A stretch of 64,000 nucleotides of DNA from Nitrospirales bacterium (GTDB lineage Bacteria; Nitrospirota; Nitrospiria; Nitrospirales; UBA8639), in contig OY820905.2 in assembly GCA_963555755.3 (NCBI GenBank), forward strand, positions 3,296,001 through 3,360,000, in the 5' to 3' direction. The position numbers and the translations under genes are program-made. Under the pieces are notes generated by a model, which saw only the letters and a program-made list of their open reading frames with translations, had not been told where the DNA came from and searched no databases. Shown here one piece after another: positions 29,575 to 40,146 of the stretch; within the stretch, counting starts at the first letter, position 1, and the number at the start of each line of letters is the position of its first letter.

Positions 29575-30048
29575 ATGGACATCAAAATCTACTATGAAGA
29601 CACCGACTGTGGCGGGGTCGTCTATTACGCCAACTACCTAAAGTATTTTGAGCGGGCACGGACCGAGTATTTAGCCGCGCATGGATTATCTGTGGCGGAA
29701 TTACAAACACAAGGCACCATGTTTTTGGTAACACATGCCGAAGTATTTTACCGATCCCCGGCTCGCTATGGAGAGATCTTACACATCGATACCACGGTTT
29801 CCACGTCAAAGAAAACCGCACTTCTCTTTGCACACACCATTCGTGAACAACAGAGTCAACGCCTGGTGGTAGAAGGCTCCGCCACACTTGTGACTGTGGA
29901 TACACAAGGGAAAATCCGTCGGGTACCAGCTTCCATTCTCGAAGCTTTGCCCATGACCAGGTCTACCACAAGGGAGCCCAAGGCCGCTGCCCAAGGCCGC
30001 TGGATGATAAATCGGTTGACTCATCCCTTAGGGTTCGAACAAGAATAA
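29575..30048 (+). CDS. ybgC: YbgC/FadM acyl-CoA thioesterase
   Basis: IYYEDTDCGGVVYYANYLKYFERARTE. Confidence 0.88.
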   Translation: MDIKIYYEDTDCGGVVYYANYLKYFERARTEYLAAHGLSVAELQTQGTMFLVTHAEVFYRSPARYGEILHIDTTVSTSKKTALLFAHTIREQQSQRLVVEGSATLVTVDTQGKIRRVPASILEALPMTRSTTREPKAAAQGRWMINRLTHPLGFEQE

Positions 30049-30400
30049 CTTCCCTTGTTTGGGCGTCGATCCATCCCGTCTGGCGGCATTGCTCGTCCTT
30101 TCCATACAGAGAAGTATGCGCAGTCCTCGCGCCTTGCCAGACAAGGGATAGGGGGTCAGAAAGTAGGTCAAGACTTGACCCCCCTTCAAAGGACTTGCGC
30201 CTCAAGCTGTTGAACATGCTCGGTACACTGGTTTGGGGTCCTTTGGTCGAAACCAAAGGCCTGTCCTGAGTACAGTCGAAGGGACCTCGTCGGCAGGGAC
30301 GAAACCCTGCATCTAATAATTCTCCAACGAAACATACCTTCGTCAAAGAAAAAACCACCCTGGGTTCCCGATTAAAAGCGTCGGAGACGACGGACGTAGC
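30031..30400. repeat. Composite of partial MITE family C, family G fragment and REP-like palindromes
   Basis: gggttcgaacaagaataac start and core as at 54362 and 56226. Confidence 0.65.
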
Positions 30401-30540
30401 GAACCCTCTCGCTCTTGATCGTATTACAGCAGCATCGTATGCTGAGTAAACATGTGCCACCGCCTGCTAACGAGAACATTTTCCAGTATTCACCGGCTTC
30501 CTAATATTCCCGCACTTCGCCACAACATTCTCGGCCTATT

Positions 30541-31218
30541 ATGATTCGTGTTGACCAATTGACCATGCAGCTACAAGCCGGAGGGCATGTGGTGTCGATT
30601 CTCAAGGGGCTCACCTTTGAGGTGCCGCAGAAGCAAATGGTGGCGATTGTAGGGCCTTCGGGAAGCGGGAAGTCTACGTTGCTCGGACTCTTGGCCGGGT
30701 TGGATACACCCACATCCGGGTCGATCCAGCTGAATGGACAGGAAATCACCTCATGGACAGAGTACCAACTCGCCCATTTTCGACGTCAGAACATCGGATA
30801 TATTTTTCAGTCTTTTCATCTCATCCCAACCTTGACGGCCCTAGAAAATGTTGCGCTGCCCTTAGAACTGAGTGGGGATATGTCTGCCGACACTCGTGCC
30901 CAGGAGTTGTTAGAAGCCGTGGGATTACAGGATCGCCAAGGGCATTACCCCAGCCAACTTTCAGGCGGAGAACAGCAACGGGTCGCCGTGGCCCGAGCCT
31001 TTGCCTGCCGTCCTCCTATTCTCCTGGCCGATGAACCCACCGGCAATTTGGATAGTGCCACGGGTCAGATGGTGATTGATCTGTTACTCAACCTGAATCG
31101 TGACCAGGGAAGTACGCTGGTCTTGGTCACCCACGATTCAACACTCGCCGAACGTACGGAACGGATCATCACTCTGCATGATGGCATGATTGCATCAGAC
31201 CAATCTCGGGCCTCGTAA
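30541..31218 (+). CDS. ABC transporter ATP-binding protein, YbbA/LolD-like
   Basis: [26 protein letters not shown]. Confidence 0.92.
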   Translation: MIRVDQLTMQLQAGGHVVSILKGLTFEVPQKQMVAIVGPSGSGKSTLLGLLAGLDTPTSGSIQLNGQEITSWTEYQLAHFRRQNIGYIFQSFHLIPTLTALENVALPLELSGDMSADTRAQELLEAVGLQDRQGHYPSQLSGGEQQRVAVARAFACRPPILLADEPTGNLDSATGQMVIDLLLNLNRDQGSTLVLVTHDSTLAERTERIITLHDGMIASDQSRAS

Positions 31219-31225
31219 ATTCATC

Positions 31226-33910
31226 ATGCTTCAACACAGGATACCCATTTCACTCAAAATGGCTTGGCGAGAAACGCGAGGCAGTTGGCACCAGTTTGTA
31301 TTTTTTTTGGTGTGCTTGGCTATTGGAGTTGGAGCAGTAGTGGGCATGGAGCTGTTTGCGACGAATGTGGAAGGCATGATCCTGGGAGATGCCAAAAGTT
31401 TATTGGGAGGCGATGTGGAGATTCGGCTTGCCCGTCCCCTGAGCGATTCCGGGCAAGAGGTACTGGCCTCTTTAGAAAAGCGCAAGATGGAAGTGACTCA
31501 TGTTCGAGAACTGGTTGGAATGTCCGCCGTGCAGGAGGTAGAGAGAAACGTGAGGGGACGAGAAAATCCCTCGCTTCGATCCACGCAACTCGTTGAACTC
31601 AAAGTGGTGGAATCAAACTATCCGCTCTATGGCCAAGTTGTTGTGTCTCCCGCGCAACCGTTTCACACATTGATCTCCCCTGCGACGACTTGTCCGGATA
31701 ATCCTTACCTTGGGCCTTGCTTTGGGATCGTGGTCCAAGAATCTCTGCTCATCACCTTAGGCATAGAAGTCGGATCGCATATCAAACTCGGGCAGGCCTG
31801 GTTCGAGATTAAAGGGATATTGATCAAAGAACCTGACCGTGTGGCCAGTGCCTTTAGCTTGGGGCCACGTGTGATGATTTCCGACGAGGGTTTAGATGCC
31901 ACGGACTTAGTGCAGGTCGGGAGCCGCATTCGTCAGCGATACCTCCTTCGTGTCCCGGAATCCCTATCGCTTGGGCCCCTTCTTGGAGAGTTGCAAGGCC
32001 GGTTGTCCAAAGAGGGGGCACGGGTGTCGTCGTTTCGTGAGGCGCCACCGCGCATTCGAAAATTTTTGGATCAACTCACGACGTATTTGGGACTGATCGG
32101 CCTGACCGCGTTGTTCGTGGGTGGAATTGGTATTGCCTGTACGATTCATGGGTTCATGAAACAAAAGATGACGACGGTGGCAATCCTCAAAACATTAGGT
32201 GCGGATTCCGGACTCATCATGCGCGTGTACATTGGACAGAGCATGGTTATGGGATGTGTGGGGAGCCTCACCGGGGCAATATTGGGTATGGGAGTACAAA
32301 TGGCAATTCCCTTATTACTTGGTGGACTTATTTCTGTCCCGTTCCCCACGACCGTCACGCTCTTGCCATTAGTCAAAGGCTTCATCCTAGGCGTGGCCAC
32401 GACACTCTTCTTTACCCTGTGGCCTTTGTTAACTATCCGAACAATTCCCCCGGCAATCGTGTTCCGGCGAGAAGTGGATCAGGGTTTTGCTCCGACTCAA
32501 CAAGCTTCTTTTTGGACAACACTATGGGTGCCGCTATTGAAATTCTGGAAAGACAAACAGCGACTCTTCACCAGTCTGATCATTGGGGTGGGACTCATGC
32601 TACTCGCCATGTGGCAAGCACGTTCCGTCTCGTTGGGGTTCGTGTTTATCCTTGCCTTTGCCGCAGCGTTAGTCATTCTTCAGTTTGGAGTATGGCTCCT
32701 GCTCAAGGGTTTACGAAAATTGCCGCGGCCTCGATCGTTGGTCGTTCGGCAAGCATTCGGCAACGTACAACGCCCAGGGAATTACACCACGGGCATGGCC
32801 GTATCCATCGGCATCGGCGTGATGGTCATTGTGACGGTGGCATTGGTCAAAGCATCCTTACTAGCCGCGATCGGGGATCGCATTCCCGAAGATGCCCCGA
32901 CGTTTTTCTTTATTGATATCCAGCCTGATCAAAAGGGCCAGTTTGAACAAATCATTCACACGCACACGCCAACCGCGACCTATACACTCACTCCTGTGGT
33001 TCGTTCACGAATTGGAGCAATTGATGGAAAAGCCATCAATCCGGAGGAGCACAAGGGCAAGCGCAATGGGTGGTATTTCACTCGTGAATATGTGCTGACT
33101 GAGTTATCTGATCTTCCCAGGGATAACACAGTAGTGAAAGGTGAATGGTGGCCAACCAACCAACAACCCGACGTTCAGACCAACTCAGACCGTGCGGCCA
33201 TTCGCCTGTCCGTGGAAAATGAGGCAGCAAAAAAACTCGGCCTGGGTTTGGGCACGACAATAGAATTTGATATTCAAGGAGCCCCCCTGCCGGCTGTGGT
33301 GGAAAGTACACGGAAGGTGGATTGGGGCAGTTTTTCCACTAACTTTTTTATGATTCTCTCGCCCGGCTCGTTGGAAGGCGCGCCACTGACCTATATCTCC
33401 ACAGCCAAGGTCAACCCTGACGAGGAAATACCTCTCCAACAGGCCCTTGTTGGAGCGTTGCCCAATGTGACAGCCATAAAGATTGGGGATGTGCTGGCCA
33501 ACGTAGCACGCTTGCTGGAGCAATTAGCCTGGGCCATTCAAGGCATGGCCTTCTTTAGCCTCATCAGCGGGGCAGTCGTGATGGTCGCAGCCTTATCTTC
33601 GACGCGGTACCGCCGGTTGTATGAATCCGCCATTCTCAAAGCTATTGGCGGAACACGGCAACTGATTGTGCAATCCTTCGCCATCGAATTTGCAATAGTT
33701 GGTTGCCTAGCCGGCCTGATCGGAGTGGGCCTTGCCAGTGTACTGTCCTGGGCCATCCTGCATTTTTTCATGGATTTGTCTTGGGCATTTCAACCAACGG
33801 TTCTCGGCTGGAGCCTCTTGGCCACGATTACTTTAGCCGTGATCGTCGGTTTTCTCAGCACCTTCCGGGTTTTGGGTGAGGCGCCGTTAGCCGTGTTGAG
33901 ACAGGAATAA
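31226..33910 (+). CDS. FtsX-like ABC permease, YbbP-like
   Basis: MAWRETR, LLGGD, EPDR, AILKTLGA, FFFIDIQPDQ, RKVDWGSFSTNFF. Confidence 0.88.
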   Translation: MLQHRIPISLKMAWRETRGSWHQFVFFLVCLAIGVGAVVGMELFATNVEGMILGDAKSLLGGDVEIRLARPLSDSGQEVLASLEKRKMEVTHVRELVGMSAVQEVERNVRGRENPSLRSTQLVELKVVESNYPLYGQVVVSPAQPFHTLISPATTCPDNPYLGPCFGIVVQESLLITLGIEVGSHIKLGQAWFEIKGILIKEPDRVASAFSLGPRVMISDEGLDATDLVQVGSRIRQRYLLRVPESLSLGPLLGELQGRLSKEGARVSSFREAPPRIRKFLDQLTTYLGLIGLTALFVGGIGIACTIHGFMKQKMTTVAILKTLGADSGLIMRVYIGQSMVMGCVGSLTGAILGMGVQMAIPLLLGGLISVPFPTTVTLLPLVKGFILGVATTLFFTLWPLLTIRTIPPAIVFRREVDQGFAPTQQASFWTTLWVPLLKFWKDKQRLFTSLIIGVGLMLLAMWQARSVSLGFVFILAFAAALVILQFGVWLLLKGLRKLPRPRSLVVRQAFGNVQRPGNYTTGMAVSIGIGVMVIVTVALVKASLLAAIGDRIPEDAPTFFFIDIQPDQKGQFEQIIHTHTPTATYTLTPVVRSRIGAIDGKAINPEEHKGKRNGWYFTREYVLTELSDLPRDNTVVKGEWWPTNQQPDVQTNSDRAAIRLSVENEAAKKLGLGLGTTIEFDIQGAPLPAVVESTRKVDWGSFSTNFFMILSPGSLEGAPLTYISTAKVNPDEEIPLQQALVGALPNVTAIKIGDVLANVARLLEQLAWAIQGMAFFSLISGAVVMVAALSSTRYRRLYESAILKAIGGTRQLIVQSFAIEFAIVGCLAGLIGVGLASVLSWAILHFFMDLSWAFQPTVLGWSLLATITLAVIVGFLSTFRVLGEAPLAVLRQE

Positions 33911-33994
33911 CTACCCACCGCCTCACGTCTCGCAACCCCGGTGACAAGCCTCCAGTTGGATCATCCAAGTTTTCAGGTCCGTTTTTTGACTTAT

Positions 33995-34135
33995 GGGCAC
34001 CTCTAAAAACCGTCCTTTTCCGTGATGGCGGCGTCAGCCGCGTGCTCACATCCTCATGTATTCGCCCATACACTCCGGTTTTCCGCGCGCGGCTTCCTTG
34101 CCCTCACAAAAAATGCCTGGTTTTTAGAGGTGCCC
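33995..34135. repeat. MITE family F (IS5-like ends)
   Basis: TIR GGGCACCTCTAAAAACC, 4-bp duplication TTAT; inverted copy at 58651-58792. Confidence 0.85.
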
Positions 34136-34603
34136 TTATATCGTTGTTAAGTAAGAGGCCACCAGCAGGACTGCCAAAGTCATAAGGATGATGGCTTTTT
34201 GCAGATTATCGGCTCGGGACGAAGGTGCTGGGGAAGAGGGATTTGGGGTTTTCTTTAACGACGGCGCATGGGGATCGATAATGAAGTCGTGGATGAGGAT
34301 AAGTCCAAAGGCAATGACAAACAGAAATATTTTGAGCATCAAGACCACACCCCAGGTAGTTTCTATTCGAGCGGATCCGCTTTCGTTCAGCATTTGATAC
34401 GAGCCCGTCAAGATCAACGTGATTAAACAAACCCACGCGATGGTTCGGAAGCGACGGCCTGCTAATCGCACCACTTCTTTGGACTTTTGGTCCGATTGGT
34501 CCTGTTGTGCTGCAGGATTGAGGACAAACTGGGAGAAGACCAAACCACCCATAAGGGTCACTGCGGCGATCAGATGAATCCAGGTGATGAGATAATCAGG
34601 CAT
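34136..34603 (-). CDS. CopD-like membrane protein
   Basis: WIHLIAA..GG..F, RF, LTG, LMLK..HDF; 4 TM segments. Confidence 0.65.
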   Translation of the reverse strand: MPDYLITWIHLIAAVTLMGGLVFSQFVLNPAAQQDQSDQKSKEVVRLAGRRFRTIAWVCLITLILTGSYQMLNESGSARIETTWGVVLMLKIFLFVIAFGLILIHDFIIDPHAPSLKKTPNPSSPAPSSRADNLQKAIILMTLAVLLVASYLTTI

Positions 34604-34915
34604 GTTGGTACGACTCGATGTTGGGCTCTTTTTCTGTAAAAGCCGACGTTATCGTATAGATTTGGGGTTAGTCAAAACACTAGTCCAGATTATACGTAAC
34701 AAGGCTGTTCTCTTTCGTGCGAAATCAACTGAGAGAAATAATGCAGGACGTTAATACGAAAATCGAAGGGAGGGCCAACTGGGTTCTGACCTTACCCAGA
34801 TGGGGCAGGTTCCGATTGAGGAGCGAAAAATAACCCGGCGTCGGATGGGAATTGATTCGGTGATTCTCTGGCAGCCAGAATGCTCAGGAAAGGAAAAGGT
34901 TTCCCTTCCTCGAGC

Positions 34916-35341
34916 TTATCGCTTCATTTCAATAGTGCCGTTAAAGATCACCCCTTCTTCAATGGACAATTGTGGGCTGTTCAGTGATCCGTCCATGTTG
35001 GCGTTTGACAGCAACAGTATTTTTTCCTTGGCGACGATATCGCCGGTGATCTTGCCTTTGCTGATCACGGAACCTGCACTAATCTTCGCGGTAATGACGG
35101 CGTCTTTCCCAACGAGGAGCGTGCCTTCGGTGTGTAACTCGCCTTCTAACCGGCCATCAATTCGTACGCTACCCTTGTAGATGATGGTCCCTTTGAATTC
35201 GACGCCCTGGCCAATGAAGGCGACAATTTTTTCTGTACCAAAGCCAGAGTCATCCGAGCCGTGATCACCTGGAAAGTCAGAAGAGAGGTCGGTTGGGGGA
35301 GTGTACAGGGTTTGGGGTTCTTCCAATTCAACAGCAGACAT
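34916..35341 (-). CDS. Bactofilin (polymer-forming cytoskeletal protein)
   Basis: FIGQGVEFKGTI..VRIDG..I.G.I.G..LSIEEGVIFNG. Confidence 0.9.
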   Translation of the reverse strand: MSAVELEEPQTLYTPPTDLSSDFPGDHGSDDSGFGTEKIVAFIGQGVEFKGTIIYKGSVRIDGRLEGELHTEGTLLVGKDAVITAKISAGSVISKGKITGDIVAKEKILLLSNANMDGSLNSPQLSIEEGVIFNGTIEMKR

Positions 35342-35536
35342 GTGAGATCCTCCTTATGGCTGGGAACGGCCTTTGGCTTGAAGTGTTGGAATATTTTCGA
35401 ATGTCTTTAAGATTATCGGTTGTTTTTGAATTTTCTTTATCCTTTTTTTCCGTTATCGTTGATTTCAACGCCTTCCCCTTATCCCCTTAGTCCCAAAAAT
35501 CGCCGAATTAAGGGTTCGCGTAAGAATAACATCCCA

Positions 35537-36543
35537 TATGCCTTCCCATTTGACTAAGGTTAGTCCCTAGACTAGTCTGCTGGACTATGGACACAGGGTA
35601 TGCTGCTGATATCTTGGATTTTTCTGTTAGGTTCCACACCGAAGAAGCGTGCTTCGAGTACTTGCGGGCGATTCGGTGGCCAGACGGGTTTATGTGTCCA
35701 GCTTGCGGTCATCGCGGTGGTTGGTGGCTCAAAAAATATTTCCGGTTTGAGTGTTCGTCGTGTCATAGACAGACATCACCGCTAAGCGGCACAGTGATGC
35801 ATAGATCGCACTTGCCGCTACGGCTTTGGTTTTGGGCTGCCTATTTCGTCTCCACGCACACACCTGGCATCAGTGCTGTGCAATTGCAGCGTCAACTCAG
35901 TATCAAGAAGGTGGATAGCGCCTGGTATTTGCTCCACAGATTGCGACGAGGAATGGTACGACAGAACCGTGAACGGCTCGCAGGAACAGTTGAAGCCGAT
36001 GAAACCCATATCGGTGGACCGGTAAAAGGCAAAACGGGCCGTGGCGTCGCGAAAGCGAAAACCAAGACGTTAATAGCCGGAGCCGTAGAAATTGTCACGT
36101 ACACACAAGGGGATCACTTTCGAGAGAAAGCAGGGCGTTTACGATTAGCGATTCTTCAAGACGCTGGAGAGAACGAGATCAAAGCATTCCTCAATAGCCA
36201 TGTCGCTGAGGGCAGTAAGATCAAGTCCGATGGTTGGAAGGGATACTCGGCAAAAGCCTTGGCAGGATACGAACACCTGAGACGGACCCAGGGTGACCCA
36301 GCAAGTGCTGGGAAGCACGCTCCACACATCCATAGAGCGTTCGGCAATCTGCAGACCTGGCGGGAACGGGATTCACCATGGAGTGGATTGAATACCTGCG
36401 AACCGTCTTGATGAGTTTATCTTTCGCTATAACCGCCGTGAGACTCCAATGTTTTCCAGAGTTTGTTGAAAATCCTGACCAGCAGCTCAAAACCCTTGGG
36501 ATTCAATAAACTGAAGCAACCTTAGTTAAATGCGTAAGGCATA
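35537..36543 (+). mobile_element. IS1595-family element, copy 1; transposase frameshifted near the 3' end
   Basis: TIR TATGCCTTCCCATTTGACTAAGG; indels clustered at about 36360-36535. Confidence 0.85.
35587..36526 (+). pseudogene. IS1595 transposase, frameshifted (possibly a sequencing artefact)
   Basis: Identical to copy 2 until LQTW, then indels. Confidence 0.7.
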
Positions 36544-36551
36544 ACATCCCA

Positions 36552-37563
36552 TATGCCTTCCCATTTGACTAAGGTTAGTCCCTAGACTAGTCTGCTGGAC
36601 TATGGACACAGGGTATGCTGCTGATATCTTGGATTTTTCTGTTAGGTTCCACACCGAAGAAGCGTGCTTCGAGTACTTGCGGGCGATTCGGTGGCCAGAC
36701 GGGTTTATGTGTCCAGCTTGCGGTCATCGCGGTGGTTGGTGGCTCAAAAAATATTTCCGGTTTGAGTGTTCGTCGTGTCATAGACAGACATCACCGCTAA
36801 GCGGCACAGTGATGCATAGATCGCACTTGCCGCTACGGCTTTGGTTTTGGGCTGCCTATTTCGTCTCCACGCACACACCTGGCATCAGTGCTGTGCAATT
36901 GCAGCGTCAACTCAGTATCAAGAAGGTGGATAGCGCCTGGTATTTGCTCCACAGATTGCGACGAGGAATGGTACGACAGAACCGTGAACGGCTCGCAGGA
37001 ACAGTTGAAGCCGATGAAACCCATATCGGTGGACCGGTAAAAGGCAAAACGGGCCGTGGCGTCGCGAAAGCGAAAACCAAGACGTTAATAGCCGGAGCCG
37101 TAGAAATTGTCACGTACACACAAGGGGATCACTTTCGAGAGAAAGCAGGGCGTTTACGATTAGCGATTCTTCAAGACGCTGGAGAGAACGAGATCAAAGC
37201 ATTCCTCAATAGCCATGTCGCTGAGGGCAGTAAGATCAAGTCCGATGGTTGGAAGGGATACTCGGCAAAAGCCTTGGCAGGATACGAACACCTGAGACGG
37301 ACCCAGGGTGACCCAGCAAGTGCTGGGAAGCACGCTCCACACATCCATAGAGCGTTCGGCAATCTGCAGACCTGGCTGAACGGGATTCACCATGGAGTGG
37401 ATTCAAAATACCTGCAACACTATCTTGATGAGTTTGTCTTTCGCTATAACCGCCGTGAGACTCCAATGAGTACCTTCCAGAGTTTGTTGAAAATCCTGAC
37501 CAGCAGCTCAAAACCCTTGGGATTCAATAAACTGAAGCAACCTTAGTTAAATGGGAAGGCATA
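36552..37563 (+). mobile_element. IS1595-family element, copy 2, intact
   Basis: TIRs; 8-bp ACATCCCA at 35529, 36544 and 37564. Confidence 0.9.
36602..37546 (+). CDS. IS1595-family transposase
   Basis: RWPDGFMCPACG zinc ribbon, VEADET, SDGW.GY, YLDEFVFRYNRR. Confidence 0.93.
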   Translation: MDTGYAADILDFSVRFHTEEACFEYLRAIRWPDGFMCPACGHRGGWWLKKYFRFECSSCHRQTSPLSGTVMHRSHLPLRLWFWAAYFVSTHTPGISAVQLQRQLSIKKVDSAWYLLHRLRRGMVRQNRERLAGTVEADETHIGGPVKGKTGRGVAKAKTKTLIAGAVEIVTYTQGDHFREKAGRLRLAILQDAGENEIKAFLNSHVAEGSKIKSDGWKGYSAKALAGYEHLRRTQGDPASAGKHAPHIHRAFGNLQTWLNGIHHGVDSKYLQHYLDEFVFRYNRRETPMSTFQSLLKILTSSSKPLGFNKLKQP

Positions 37564-37721
37564 ACATCCCATTTTGGGGTGCTGAGACACCCGTCTGGCA
37601 AGGCGCGAGGACTTCGCATACCCTTGGTATGAAAAGGACGAGCAACGCCGCCAGACGGGATGGATCGACGCCCAAAGATTGGATGCGAGATGTCCAAGTT
37701 ATTTTCTCTCAGGTCCTAAGG

Positions 37722-38294
37722 TCAAAACTCCACTTTGGGTGCGGTTTTCGCCTCTTCTCCGATCTCAAAATACTCCGCTTTTTCGACACGAGCCAATCCC
37801 GCATACAAGCTGCCCAGGAGTTTTCGGGTAAAGGTATTGAGCACTCGAACCGTATCGTTGTATCGCTTCCGTTCCACGGCCAGACGGTTTTCCGTACCTT
37901 CCAGTTGATCTTGAAGTTTCAAGAACGATTTGTCCGATTTTAACTCTGGGTAGGTTTCACGCAATACCAAGAGGCGAGACAGAGCTGATTCAAATCCACC
38001 TGCGGCTCGTGCCTTTTCATTGACGGTAGTGGCCTGAAAATAGGACTTACGCGCTTCGGCTACCCCGAGGAAAATCTTTTCCTCTTGCCCGGCTATGCCC
38101 TTTACCGTCTGAACGAGATTCGGAATCAACTCAAATCGACGTTGCAGCTGGTTTTCCACCTGTGCCCATTGGCTTTTGACACCTTCGTCGAGCATAATCG
38201 CTTGATTATAGCCATTATACACAGCGCATCCGCCCATCAATCCCAAGATAAGGATTACACCAAAGACGATTAATAATATGCGTCCTGCACTCAC
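37722..38294 (-). CDS. lemA: LemA family protein
   Basis: WAQVENQLQRR..LIPNLV, YPELKS, LEGTENRLAVERKRYN. Confidence 0.93.
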   Translation of the reverse strand: MSAGRILLIVFGVILILGLMGGCAVYNGYNQAIMLDEGVKSQWAQVENQLQRRFELIPNLVQTVKGIAGQEEKIFLGVAEARKSYFQATTVNEKARAAGGFESALSRLLVLRETYPELKSDKSFLKLQDQLEGTENRLAVERKRYNDTVRVLNTFTRKLLGSLYAGLARVEKAEYFEIGEEAKTAPKVEF

Positions 38295-38386
38295 AGATTA
38301 GCCTCCTTTATCTCCTCTTCATCTTACTGACCAACGGCCTACAGTAAATGGAAAATTCATTGGAGCTAGGTTTCGCGTATCACCTT

Positions 38387-39220
38387 TTACCAACTGGCCC
38401 CGCCACCGCCACCGCCAAAACCACCGCCACCACCAAACGATCCTCCGCCGAAGCCGCCACCGAAGCCGCCACCAAACCCGCCCATATGCGTTCTTCGGCC
38501 CATAAGCCCTCCCATCGCTGAACCGAGAAGCATGCCTCCAACGAGGCCCCCGGCTCCGCCACCCCAATTCGAATAATACCGACGCCGGCGCCGCATGTTG
38601 GAAAATAACATGAAGAGGAAAAACAGCGGGACCATCAGGGATCCCAATAAAGATCCCCCGCCTCCACTTCTTCTGGCATTTGGCTGATATCGATAATTAG
38701 GGATGCCCGTGAGTTTCACTTGTTGGGCATCGGCCACTTGATTGGCTGTAATGACCGCTAATTGAAAAATGCCTTCCGAATACTTTCCTTGTTTAAAAAA
38801 CTGTGAGGCCACCGCACGAGAAACCGAACCGGCCCACGAGTCCGGTAGTGCGCCTTCCAGCCCATAACCGGTATGAATACGGACCTTTCGCTCTTTGATG
38901 GCTAACGCGATGAGCGCACCATTGTCCTTTCCCTTCTTCCCAAGCTTCCAGGATTCTGCATGGCGCTGCACAAACCCAAAAAAATCTTCGCCGTCGATGG
39001 TTGGCACGGTAAGCACTTTGACTTGAGCCGAGGTCTTTTGCTCAAGCTCACGAAGCCAGCCTTCTAATTGGCGTTCGGTGGAGGGATCAATGATTCCCGC
39101 GGTATCGACGACAAAGGTGCCAGGGTCTGGAATAGAGACCTCAGCCCATCCAGCGCTAGACGGGAGGAGAAAAAGAAACAAGATTGTGGCGAGCAGTGTT
39201 CGCAAGGAAAGGATTACCAT
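38387..39220 (-). CDS. TPM domain protein (YgcG-like) with Gly-rich tail
   Basis: VVDTAGII, WKLGKKGKDNG, GYGLEGALPD, FGGGG..GASW. Confidence 0.9.
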   Translation of the reverse strand: MVILSLRTLLATILFLFLLPSSAGWAEVSIPDPGTFVVDTAGIIDPSTERQLEGWLRELEQKTSAQVKVLTVPTIDGEDFFGFVQRHAESWKLGKKGKDNGALIALAIKERKVRIHTGYGLEGALPDSWAGSVSRAVASQFFKQGKYSEGIFQLAVITANQVADAQQVKLTGIPNYRYQPNARRSGGGGSLLGSLMVPLFFLFMLFSNMRRRRRYYSNWGGGAGGLVGGMLLGSAMGGLMGRRTHMGGFGGGFGGGFGGGSFGGGGGFGGGGGGASW

Positions 39221-39939
39221 TTGTCCGCAAGGGTCTTGAGCCCGTCGATTTCTTCGTACAATCTCATGAAGTCTTCCCAGCCATGTTGCCGCAGATCTTG
39301 AAGCGTCCCACGAATTGCTGGCAACGACCGCTCGGTTTCCTGTTCAATGTGCCCCACCACCTGAATTGCGTCGAGATAGTCCTTCTGATCATGCAGCCAC
39401 AACAGGCCGCGCAAGGTGCGCATGAGGCGTTCAGCAATATCCGACTCCATGGTCCCAAACATTTTCTCACGCCCAGCCGCAGCTAGGAGACCTTGTCGCA
39501 TTGCAATAAGAATGGTTTTGAGTTCCCGCTCACATTGCAGACGAATATGACTTGCGTCAAAGGACAAGTCCGAAAAATGGTCAGGGCCAGCCAGACACAG
39601 GTGGCATTGCTGAATTTCAAGAAATTCCAAAGGAAAGGTGTCAAGCGATCCTTCAATATAAACAGGCGTCATGATCAGGGGAGCGGCAATTTTCGCTTTT
39701 CCAAGCTTCACCCCATCCTTGGCTAACTCTCGGAGCATGGGTAAATCAATGTTGTTGAGGATCACCACGCTTTTGGCAAGTTGTTTCCTAGGATCGAAAG
39801 CTGGGGTCGCGATTGCCCCAAAGCTTGTGATGGCCAGACAATTCGAGCCCGCCAATTCTTGAACACGGAGTACAAACCTTTTCACCGGCTCCTGCATTCC
39901 ACTCGTCAGTTGATCGATATTCACTATGCCTTCAGTCAT
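39214..39939 (-). CDS. Nucleotidyltransferase-like protein of lemA operons
   Basis: APLIMT..SLDTFPLEFLEI, RLQCERELK; operon context. Confidence 0.65.
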   Translation of the reverse strand: MTEGIVNIDQLTSGMQEPVKRFVLRVQELAGSNCLAITSFGAIATPAFDPRKQLAKSVVILNNIDLPMLRELAKDGVKLGKAKIAAPLIMTPVYIEGSLDTFPLEFLEIQQCHLCLAGPDHFSDLSFDASHIRLQCERELKTILIAMRQGLLAAAGREKMFGTMESDIAERLMRTLRGLLWLHDQKDYLDAIQVVGHIEQETERSLPAIRGTLQDLRQHGWEDFMRLYEEIDGLKTLADKW

Positions 39940-40146
39940 TCGTTTACTCCATGTTGTACAGGGTCGATCAAGGCTCAATGGCCTTAATCGTTTGGGTAGG
40001 GTGGCATTTCAATCAGGGTAACGCACAAGGGGTGGCCTGGCAAGCACATTCAGGAGCAACGACAGGTGGAAGATGTCCCTCGACCTCAAAAGAAAAGGAT
40101 GAGGGTAGTGTCTTGAAATGAAAGGGAAGAATATTCGCAGCCTATC

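Noticed and set aside
38399..38480. GCC-rich tandem repeats
   Set aside because: They encode the normal Gly-rich tail of the TPM protein
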